NCBI GenBank assembly: GCA_964016885.1
Contig: OZ024751.1
Location: forward strand, 11,904,001-11,968,000
DNA: 64,000 nucleotides
Source of the DNA: Eledone cirrhosa
Taxonomy: Eukaryota
Direction of reading: 5' to 3'
In this document: piece by piece, positions 1-10,737 of the stretch
Layout: each line of letters begins with the position of its first letter
Numbering within the stretch: the first letter of the stretch is position 1
The notes under the pieces: generated by a model
Database searches by the model: none
What the model was told of the DNA's origin: nothing
Seen by the model: the letters and a program-made list of their open reading frames with translations, nothing else
Made by a program: the position numbers and the translations under genes

Positions 1-798
1 ATGTGTGTATGTATATATGTGTATATGTATATATATGTGTATGTATATATATGTGTATTGTATATATATGTGTATGTATTGTATATATATGTGTATGTAT
101 GTATATATATGTGTATGTATGTATATATATGTGTATGTATGTATATATATGTGTATGTATGTATATATATGTGTATGTATGTATATATATGTGTATATAT
201 GTGTATATATGTGTATATATGTATATATATGTGTATGTATATATATGTGTATATATATGTGTATATATGTGTTTATGTGTATATATGTATGTATATGTGT
301 GTATATATATATGTATATGTGTATGTATATATGTATGTATATATGTATGTATATGTGTATGTATATATGTGTGTATATGTGTATATATATATGTATGTAT
401 ATGTGTATATATAGATGTGTATATATATGTGTATATATAGATGTGTATATATATATGCATGTATATATGTATATATGTATGTATATATATGTATGTGTAT
501 ATATATGTATGTGTATGTATATGTGTATGTATATGTGTGTATGTATATGTGTATGTGTATGTATATGTGTGTATGTATATGTATGTATATGTGTATGTAT
601 ATGTGTATATATATATGTGTATGTATATGTGTATATATATATGTGTATGTATATGTGTATATATATATGTGTATATATGTGTATATATATTATATGTGTA
701 TGTATATGTGTATATATATATATGTGTATGTATATGTGTATATATATATGTGTATATATATGTGTATATATATGTGTATATATATGTATATGTATATA

Positions 799-831
<33 letters not shown>

Positions 832-2140
832 GTGTATATATATATGTGTATATATATATGTGTATATATATATGTGTATATATATATGTGTATATATATG
901 TGTATATATATATGTGTATATATATATATGTGTATATATATATGTGTATATATATATATGTGTATATATATATGTGTATATATATATATGTGTATATATA
1001 TATATGTGTATATATATATATGTGTATATATATATATGGGTATATATATATATGGGTATATATATATATGGGTATATATATATGTGTATATATATATATG
1101 GGTATATATATATGTGTATATATATATATGTGTATATATATATATGTGTATATATATATATGTGTATATATATATATGTGTATATATATATATGTGTATA
1201 TATATATATGTGTATATATATATATGTGTATATATATATGTGTATATATATATGTGTATATATATATATGTGTATATATATATGTGTATATATATATGTG
1301 TATATATATATATGTGTATATATGTGTATATATATATGTGTATATATATATATGTGTATATATATGTGTATATATATATATATATGTGTATATATATATA
1401 TGTGTATATATATATATATATGTGTATATATATATATGTGTATATATATATATGTGTATATATATATATGTGTATATATATATATGTGTATATATATATA
1501 TATGTGTATATATATATATGTGTATATATATATGTGTATATATATATATGTGTATATATATATATGTGTATATATATATATGTGTATATATATATGTGTA
1601 TATATATATGTGTATATATATATATGTGTATATATATATATGTGTATATATATATGTATATATATATATGTGTATATATATATATGTGTATATATATATA
1701 TGTGTATATATATATGTGTATATATATATATGTGTATATATATATATGTGTATATATATATATGTGTATATATATATATGTGTATATATATACATGTGTA
1801 TATATATATATGTGTATATATATACATGTGTATATATATATATGTGTATATATATACATGTGTATATATATATATGTGTATATATATACATGCGTATATA
1901 TATATATGCATGTATATGTGTATATATATATATGTATGTATATGTGTATATATATATATGTATGTATATGTGTATATATATATATGTATGTATACGTGTA
2001 TATATATATATGTATGTATATGTGTATATATATATATGTATGTATATGTGTATATATATATATGTATGTATATGTGTATATATGTATGTATATATATATA
2101 TATGTGTGTATATATATATGTATGTATATGTGTAATATAT
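1..2140. repeat. (TA)n/(TG)-interrupted microsatellite array
   Basis: Almost pure TA/TG dinucleotide sequence; the Y/I/V/C/M ORFs are translation artefacts. Confidence 0.97.
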
Positions 2141-2491
2141 ATTTATTAATGAATGAAGAGTTATATGATCTCCTTTTCACCCAAGAGACATACAGATACA
2201 TATGCAAATATTGTGGCTCAACATTCATTACAGCATTTAGAGTGGCAGTACACACTTAGAGATTACATTCATATTCAAAGGTACAATCAAAAATACAGGT
2301 TAAAATACAACATGAAAATAAGCGTATTTTAACCTGTATTTTTGATTGTACCTTTGAATATGAATGTAATCTCTAAGAGTGTACTGCCACTCTAAATGTT
2401 GTAATGAATGTTGACCCACAATATTTGCATATGTATCTGTATGTCTCTTGGGTAAAAAGGAGGTCATATAACTGTTCATTCATTAATAAAT
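2141..2491. repeat. Fold-back inverted repeat (arms ~168 bp, 15-nt loop), probably an inverted PLE pseudo-LTR remnant
   Basis: 2141-2308 (atttattaatgaatgaagag...ggttaaaatac) is the reverse complement of 2324-2491 with a few mismatches; an HHR-like motif follows immediately. Confidence 0.85.
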
Positions 2492-2538
2492 TGTTCCGAA
2501 GAATCCAAACCTCGGTTTGGAGGAAACAGGTGTAAGCA
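2492..2538 (+). ncRNA. Variant or decayed type I hammerhead ribozyme
   Basis: tgtt-CCGAAGA-a-tccaaac(ctcg)gtttgga-g-GAAA-caggtg-TA-agca: 7-bp stem II and 4-bp stem I, but the core reads CCGAAGA instead of CTGANGA. Confidence 0.55.
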
Positions 2539-2956
2539 CAAAAATGTTTTGAACAGCTCTTTGATTCTTATATTTCATATAACTGCTCTGTAAATCATCT
2601 GATGTTTTTACATTGAGCTACTTAACTTACTGGTAATAAGGTAGTAATATATTACTGCCTACCACTATTTAGGGTTTGTATAAAAAAATATATATAACTG
2701 CAAAAGGTTTTTGTATTTACATAACCATAAATAGCATAATCAATACTATAGTCAATACTATGTGTATATATATATATATATATAGATATAGATAGGTAAA
2801 TATACACGGGTGTGTATGATTGTGTATAGAAGATTATATTAATAAGAGGAATTCCAACTTTGTCTGATTTACTCGTTTTATTTACAATCCTTTAAAATAT
2901 ATATAATGGTATTATAATGAAATAGTATGATAGAATATTAAATTCTAAGTGTTAAT

Positions 2957-2995
2957 TGAACAAGTACTTTCATGCTTTCGCAATCTTCAGGTTCA
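2957..2995 (-). ncRNA. Minimal type I hammerhead ribozyme in the 3' UTR/pLTR of the Neptune-type PLE
   Basis: Minus strand: tgaac-CTGAAGA-t-tgc(GAAA)gca-t-GAAA-gtac-TT-gttca; 5-bp stem I, GNRA-capped stem II, palindromic stem III (AAGTACTT). Confidence 0.85.
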
Positions 2996-3120
2996 TGATA
3001 TGTGGTGACAGTCGAGTTTGCAATTTTCAACTGTAATGAGATGGGTAAATTTCCTACCTTTTATACATTTTATACAGAGAAAAGTGGCTCCAGAATGCAA
3101 AGCCCTGTAAACTGTATTTC

Positions 3121-3206
3121 GACCAATCAGTGTGTAGTTTCACTGAATTACTACAGCTGATTGGTTTAAGCGTCACGGCTGGTTGAGCATGCTAACGACC
3201 AATAGT
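3121..3206. promoter_or_regulatory. Three CCAAT (NF-Y-type) boxes ~38 bp apart, putative pLTR promoter
   Basis: gaccaatcag (3121), ctgattggt (3157), gaccaatag (3198), between the PLE stop codon and its HHR. Confidence 0.45.
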
Positions 3207-3370
3207 CATATCCAACGTATCAATTGTTTTGCTTTTTTGAAATGATGAAAATAGCATTTTCTATTAATCATCACCATCAACATCACTTTTATTATTATTA
3301 TTATTGTTGTTGTTGTTGTTGTTAGTGGTCGTGGTCATAGTGGTAGTAGAAGTAATACCCCTAGGCGTTA

Positions 3371-4277
3371 TTATTGTTCATTTAGCTTGGGTTTGAATTT
3401 ATCAATAAAATTCTTTTCTTTGATTTTTCTCTTGATTTCATTTGGGCTGTGTAATTTGTAGAATGGGAATATTATAAATATTCCCTGACCACATGTTGCC
3501 AGGTGGCCGCTTAGGGGTATCTGACGGACATTTGGGTCTCTGATTTGTTGACGGTGTACCCGTGCACGTTCCGATAGTGCATTTCCAGTTTGACCGACAT
3601 ATAGTTCTTCACAATTCGGGCATTTAATGCAGTAAATTAGATTTCTGCTTTTGCAGTTCATATTTGCCTTTGTGAATATTTTTCCAGTTTTTGTTTTCAT
3701 ATATTGACCGGCGTGTATGGATTGACATGTGCCGCATCGATTATCATTGCATTTAGATACAGAGAATGATTGGTCTTTGTTGTTAAGGTCAAACTTTGCT
3801 TTTGTTAGCAATTGCTTCAAATTTTTTGGCTGTCTTTTACTAAGAGTCAAAGATCGATCTGTGATTAAGCCTTTTAATTCATTACTTTGAGCAATGATCG
3901 GTAGGTTTGCTTTGGCAGTGTTGAAGATATTCTGGTGACATGGGTTGTGTGTCATTATAAATGGTATGACCAGTTCTTGGTTTCTTCTTCTTTGGGTTGT
4001 TCTAAGTTGTTGTATAGGTATTTTTATAGCCCGCTGTATGCCATTTCCTATAAGTAGAGATGGGTATTTTTGTTTGAGCAAAAATTCTCTTAGTTCTGTT
4101 AGGCGTTTGTACCTGGTATTCGTATCTTCTACAATGGTACAAATTCTTCTGGCTAGGCAGTATGGGATGTTGCGTTTTGTATGAGGTGGATGGCACGACT
4201 TAAAATTCAGATATTGATGGGTGTCTGTGTGTTTATAATATATATCCGTGGTAATGGTGGTGTCGTTTTTGATTATG
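3371..4277 (-). CDS. C-terminal part of a PLE polyprotein: RT thumb, CxxxxCxxC linker, GIY-YIG endonuclease
   Basis: [37 protein letters not shown]; CNDNRCGTC; [20 protein letters not shown]...ERARVH...[14 protein letters not shown]; no internal stops. Confidence 0.9.
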
Positions 4278-4442
4278 TGTATATATATATATATGTGTGT
4301 ATATATATATATAGATGTGTATATATATATATAGATGTGTATATATATATATAGATGTGTATATATATATATATGTGTGTATATATATATATGTGTGTGT
4401 GTATATATATATGTGCGTGTATATATGTATATATGTGTGTAT
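4278..4442. repeat. (TA)n/(TG) microsatellite, left flank of the large PLE insertion
   Basis: Direct reading. Confidence 0.9.
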
Positions 4443-4601
4443 ATATTGTTATACTTTGGGAGGGTCATGTTGCCAATAAGAAACACACGCACCAGTTGCT
4501 TTCACTTCAATTTAATTTAATATATATTTATAAATTTACAAATTTATAAATTTCTGGTTGGTTGGTTGGTTCCACAACCAGATAGTTGTTTATATATATA
4601 T

Positions 4602-4646
4602 AGTCATAGTTCTTTCGTCACACACTCTGTGACCTCTTCAGTGACT
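4602..4646 (-). ncRNA. Type I hammerhead ribozyme, pLTR copy 1
   Basis: Reverse complement of 10560-10604. Confidence 0.82.
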
Positions 4647-4940
4647 GGGGATTTCTTTCTTCGTTTCTGTGCCTTTCCTTTCTTCTATCCTACGCCATTT
4701 TGTTTGTGTGTGGGTTGCGTGCTCAGTTTGCGCATGCGCCACATCCGGGTGTCTGTGTGTGTTTGTGTTCATTTTTCTATTTTTCTATTTATATTTGTTT
4801 GTTTATTTATTTATTTATTGTTGGTTGGTTGTTTGTTCTATGTGTGTGTGTGTTTTCATTTTGTCTTGTGTGTGTTTTCATTTTGTGTGTGTTTTCAATT
4901 GTAAGTTGTTTATATATGTGTGTGTGTTTTCATTTTGTCC

Positions 4941-7864
4941 TTAATTGTAAGTTGTGATGTTGCTGTTCCACTCATATTTTCTATTTAATTTTGGTTTTAA
5001 TTCTTTTATGCTTACTGCCTCTGTAATTTGCCTAAACATTGCGTCTTTCTTGTGTGTGGATTCTATTTTTATTTCTATGCTCTCTAATTTACCCCTGTGT
5101 TCTATCTTAGCATGTTGGTAGAGCACAGATGATTCTTTACTATCTTGGAGGTCTCGCCAGTGTTCATTTATTCGTTCCCCTATACTACGAGCTGTCTCAC
5201 CTATGTACACTATATTTTTGTTTCTACATTGTCCCTCAGTACATCTTATGCTATATACTACATTTCTAGTTTTACAGTTAATATGGGGGCTTATTTTACA
5301 GGTTATACATTTCTTATCTATACATGAGGGTCTTTGGAACGGGTATGTCTTGCTAATAAGTGTTTTTACGGAGGTACCAGGTCTTTCTACTATCTTAATA
5401 TTGAGATTATGTTTCTTTAGGGCCCTTCTAAATTTGTAGGCTAGTTCACCTCTAGGGGTTGTATTGATGAACATTACACTCTGGTATTTATTGCTATCAT
5501 ACCATGAGTTTATTCTATTGGCCTTGTTCTTAGTTCTTTCTATTCTATTCCAAAATTTGCTCCTATACAAGGGGCAGGTCCCATTTATGTCATTATTTAC
5601 CATTTTTTCCCATTTGGTTCTGGCTCCTTTATACACTCTGATTCTATCTCTCTGATTGTAGCCAGAGAACTGCATACGGTGGATGAAGTGTTGTATGTGT
5701 CTCTCTAGTTCTTCGGGGTTGCACATGCGGGACACATTTCTCATCACCCGTATCAAATCCGCAATCAGTATGTTGATTTTGGTATGGTCCGAAATGGCCG
5801 AGTTTCGGTGGATCAGATGTTTGGAAGTCATGGGTTTGGCATAATGGGAATGGAGGATTTGTTTTTGGTTGTTAATAGTATCTAACCAGAGCTCTGTGTC
5901 TAGTACAGGTAATCGATGGTTGGGGTGTCTACTTGGGTAGTCTATAGTAACTCTAATGCTCTGGTGGATGGAGTTTGCTATTTGCTGGATGCTTTCCATT
6001 GTGTTTTTCTCAGGTTCCTGACTGTTCTTTAGTGGGGGTGTCTTAACTACGATGTTTATATCATCTACGTAGCGGGAGTACATTATCAGGGTTAATCTGT
6101 CTTCTAATTGTTCTTTAAGTTTTTGTTTAAGTCTACTGTCCCACCATACCATGAACAAGTTAGCTATGTCGCCTGCAATGCTAACACCAATGGCTGCTCC
6201 TTCCTCTTGGGCATATGTTTTACCATTAAATTTGAACATATGTTCCTTAAGGGTTAATTTTATGCTGGCCCCTACCGCATGTGCAATCATTTTCTTCAGT
6301 TCATCGTGGTTTTCGGGTGTCCGTATGGCTCTGGTCCACCCGTTCCATCTATCTGTGTGGGTTTTCTTGGCCATTGAGGTAATGGTAGGTGGTCTGCCTC
6401 TTGCTGGTCTTGTAGGGCACAGGTTGCTAAGGTCATAAGTGTCTAGGTAACTATTACTATGGGTAAGCTTAAGTAGAAGTCCCAGCTCACTGGTATCAAT
6501 CCCACGGAACTCAACCTTGCTCTCGCTGATCATTTCGACGCATTTCTCCACAGCAAAATCCACGTCAATAGATGGATACAGGGACACAACATCCATACTG
6601 CCTATTATGCAGTTTGTTAGGTCCCCAGATCGGTTACCCGCGTCGATTCTGCTGAGGAGGTCCTCCGTGCTGTCACACACATCTGGGGACATCTCAATGA
6701 TGGGGCGTATGATCAGGGAGAGGAAGTAGGACAGTCTGTAGTTACTAGCAATGTTAGCCCCACAGACTGGCCGTGTTGGTGGTCCCGCGACAGGGTCCCA
6801 GCCCGTTTTATGGTCCTTTCGAAGCCCATACAACGCCGGCACGTCATTGTTCCAGGCCTGGAAGTTGTTGGCAGTCCTTTTGTTGGGCTGCATTATATTT
6901 GTCCACATCACCATATGGGCATTGAGGGTTTTTTCTCTGTCCTCATGCTCCTGTGGTGTTACCTCTCTTGTGTTAGTGATGTGGGGTTGCATTGCCTGGA
7001 TGTAGTTTGGCAGGCTGTCAACCGACATTCTGCCAGACTTGTCTGTTGGAAAGCATGCTATCTCTCCATTACGCGAGCGCTGCATGAGCTTACGCAAGCC
7101 ATTTGCAGATTCTTCTCCCAGTTGCTGGGCCTCTATTCTATTATGCTTCTTGCTATACTGTTCTATAATATTTCTAAGTTCGGATTTAGCTATACTAAAT
7201 TGTGCTTCTGTTTGTTCATCGACCTGCGACGGCAACTGCGTGCGTTTGTTAAATGGCAAAGTCGTGGCGTGGACTCGTCGTAGGTCGAATGATTTATCGG
7301 AGGGATTATAAAACGGAGAGTTCCAGGCTGCTGCTTTATGTGTACTTGCGCTATTGTTAGTTGTGTTGTTTCTATTTCCACCAACAGCAGCAGCCTCAGC
7401 TTCATGGTTGTTTCTATGTCTCTCATAATTACTCCTGTCTCTTTCCACTGGCTCAATGTTGTTATCTACCCTATTTTGTGTGTCTGTGTGTTCGTCTTGG
7501 TTATTCTCTTTGTCCTTAGTCTCCCTACTCCTTTTAATCCTATTACTTTCTCTTATTTCTCTGATTTCTGTGCTACTGTCATTACTTGTTTTCTGTGTCT
7601 GTGTGTTTGTTAAGATTGTAGTGGTGGTGAGAGGCATTGAATGTGTGTGTGTTGTTGTTGTTGATGTGTGTTGTTGTTGATGTGTGTTGTTGTCTCCGTG
7701 TGTGTGTGTGTTATCGTTGTTGTGTGTGTTGTTATTGTTGTTTGTGTTTGCGTGTCTGTTGTTGTTGTATCTGGGTATGTTGCTGTTGTTGTTGTTGTTG
7801 ATGTGTGTGTTGTTGTTATTGTTGTCTCCGTGTGTGTTGTTATTGTTGTTTGTGTCTGCGTGTC
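4941..7864 (-). CDS. 5'-truncated PLE RT + GIY-YIG ORF, inverted copy (898 aa from the ATG at 7637)
   Basis: PTDKSG, LYGLRKDHK, SMDVVSLYPSI, QEEGAAIG, YSRYVDD, NVVYSIRC...YIGETARS...ERINEH. Confidence 0.93.
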
Positions 7865-7866
7865 AT

Positions 7867-10265
7867 ATAAAGCAGCAGCCTGGAACTCTCCGTTTTATAA
7901 TCCCTCCGATAAATCATTCGACCTACGACGAGTCCACGCCACGACTTTGCCATTTAACAAACGCACGCAGTTGCCGTCGCAGGTCGATGAACAAACAGAA
8001 GCACAATTTAGTATAGCTAAATCCGAACTTAGAAATATTATAGAACAGTATAGCAAGAAGCATAATAGAATAGAGGCCCAGCAACTGGGAGAAGAATCTG
8101 CAAATGGCTTGCGTAAGCTCATGCAGCGCTCGCGTAATGGAGAGATAGCATGCTTTCCAACAGACAAGTCTGGCAGAATGTCGGTTGACAGCCTGCCAAA
8201 CTACATCCAGGCAATGCAACCCCACATCACTAACACAAGAGAGGTAACACCACAGGAGCATGAGGACAGAGAAAAAACCCTCAATGCCCATATGGTGATG
8301 TGGACAAATATAATGCAGCCCAACAAAAGGACTGCCAACAACTTCCAGGCCTGGAACAATGACGTGCCGGCGTTGTATGGGCTTCGAAAGGACCATAAAA
8401 CGGGCTGGGACCCTGTCGCGGGACCACCAACACGGCCAGTCTGTGGGGCTAACATTGCTAGTAACTACAGACTGTCCTACTTCCTCTCCCTGATCATACG
8501 CCCCATCATTGAGATGTCCCCAGATGTGTGTGACAGCACGGAGGACCTCCTCAGCAGAATCGACGCGGGTAACCGATCTGGGGACCTAACAAACTGCATA
8601 ATAGGCAGTATGGATGTTGTGTCCCTGTATCCATCTATTGACGTGGATTTTGCTGTGGAGAAATGCGTCGAAATGATCAGCGAGAGCAAGGTTGAGTTCC
8701 GTGGGATTGATACCAGTGAGCTGGGACTTCTACTTAAGCTTACCCATAGTAATAGTTACCTAGACACTTATGACCTTAGCAACCTGTGCCCTACAAGACC
8801 AGCAAGAGGCAGACCACCTACCATTACCTCAATGGCCAAGAAAACCCACACAGATAGATGGAACGGGTGGACCAGAGCCATACGGACACCCGAAAACCAC
8901 GATGAACTGAAGAAAATGATTGCACATGCGGTAGGGGCCAGCATAAAATTAACCCTTAAGGAACATATGTTCAAATTTAATGGTAAAACATATGCCCAAG
9001 AGGAAGGAGCAGCCATTGGTGTTAGCATTGCAGGCGACATAACTAACTTGTTCATGGTATGGTGGGACAGTAGACTTAAACAAAAACTTAAAGAACAATT
9101 AGAAGACAGATTAACCCTGATAATGTACTCCCGCTACGTAGATGATATAAACATCGTAGTTAAGACACCCCCACTAAAGAACAGTCAGGAACCTGAGAAA
9201 AACACAATGGAAAGCATCCAGCAAATAGCAAACTCCATCCACCAGAGCATTAGAGTTACTATAGACTACCCAAGTAGACACCCCAACCATCGATTACCTG
9301 TACTAGACACAGAGCTCTGGTTAGATACTATTAACAACCAAAAACAAATCCTCCATTCCCATTATGCCAAACCCATGACTTCCAAACATCTGATCCACCG
9401 AAACTCGGCCATTTCGGACCATACCAAAATCAACATACTGATTGCGGATTTGATACGGGTGATGAGAAATGTGTCCCGCATGTGCAACCCCGAAGAACTA
9501 GAGAGACACATACAACACTTCATCCACCGTATGCAGTTCTCTGGCTACAATCAGAGAGATAGAATCAGAGTGTATAAAGGAGCCAGAACCAAATGGGAAA
9601 AAATGGTAAATAATGACATAAATGGGACCTGCCCCTTGTATAGGAGCAAATTTTGGAATAGAATAGAAAGAACTAAGAACAAGGCCAATAGAATAAACTC
9701 ATGGTATGATAGCAATAAATACCAGAGTGTAATGTTCATCAATACAACCCCTAGAGGTGAACTAGCCTACAAATTTAGAAGGGCCCTAAAGAAACATAAT
9801 CTCAATATTAAGATAGTAGAAAGACCTGGTACCTCCGTAAAAACACTTATTAGCAAGACATACCCGTTCCAAAGACCCTCATGTATAGATAAGAAATGTA
9901 TAACCTGTAAAATAAGCCCCCATATTAACTGTAAAACTAGAAATGTAGTATATAGCATAAGATGTACTGAGGGACAATGTAGAAACAAAAATATAGTGTA
10001 CATAGGTGAGACAGCTCGTAGTATAGGGGAACGAATAAATGAACACTGGCGAGACCTCCAAGATAGTAAAGAATCATCTGTGCTCTACCAACATGCTAAG
10101 ATAGAACACAGGGGTAAATTAGAGAGCATAGAAATAAAAATAGAATCCACACACAAGAAAGACGCAATGTTTAGGCAAATTACAGAGGCAGTAAGCATAA
10201 AAGAATTAAAACCAAAATTAAATAGAAAATATGAGTGGAACAGCAACATCACAACTTACAATTAA
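7867..10265 (+). CDS. 5'-truncated PLE RT + GIY-YIG ORF, copy 2
   Basis: Same protein starting at KAAAWNSPF; one substitution (GDITN vs GDIAN, position 9041). Confidence 0.93.
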
Positions 10266-10457
10266 GGACAAAATGAAAACACACACACATATATAAACAA
10301 CTTACAATTGAAAACACACACAAAATGAAAACACACACAAGACAAAATGAAAACACACACACACATAGAACAAACAACCAACCAACAATAAATAAATAAA
10401 TAAACAAACAAATATAAATAGAAAAATAGAAAAATGAACACAAACACACACAGACAC

Positions 10458-10513
10458 CCGGATGTGGCGCATGCGCAAACTGAGCACGCAACCCACACAC
10501 AAACAAAATGGCG
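10458..10513 (+). promoter_or_regulatory. Putative pLTR promoter: ETS-like, NRF1 and YY1 motifs (also at 14737-14792 + and 4693-4748 -)
   Basis: CCGGATGT (10458), GCGCATGCGC (10467), CAAAATGGCG (10504) clustered in an otherwise A/C-rich UTR. Confidence 0.55.
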
Positions 10514-10559
10514 TAGGATAGAAGAAAGGAAAGGCACAGAAACGAAGAAAGAAATCCCC

Positions 10560-10604
10560 AGTCACTGAAGAGGTCACAGAGTGTGTGACGAAAGAACTAT
10601 GACT
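10560..10604 (+). ncRNA. Type I hammerhead ribozyme, pLTR copy 2
   Basis: agtca-CTGAAGA-g-gtcaca(gagtg)tgtgac-GAAA-gaac-TA-tgact; 5-bp stem I, 6-bp stem II, minimal stem III, predicted cleavage after CUA. Confidence 0.82.
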
Positions 10605-10737
10605 ATATATATATAAACAACTATCTGGTTGTGGAACCAACCAACCAACCAGAAATTTATAAATTTGTAAATTTATAAATATATATTAAATTAAATTGAA
10701 GTGAAAGCAACTGGTGCGTGTGTTTCTTATTGGCAAC

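Larger units (their letters stand above)
2790..4277 (-). mobile_element. 5'-truncated Penelope-like element (Neptune-type) with 3' UTR and HHR
   Basis: ORF with RT thumb, Cys linker and GIY-YIG, followed by a UTR holding an HHR; left boundary approximate. Confidence 0.85.

Noticed and set aside
1-2259. Long Y/I/C/V/M ORFs here and in the other (TA)n or (TATC)n blocks
   Set aside because: Translations of stop-poor microsatellites; no domain content
7668-7866. Hydrophobic N-terminus of the 865-aa ORF
   Set aside because: Antisense read of the inverted copy's low-complexity linker across the junction
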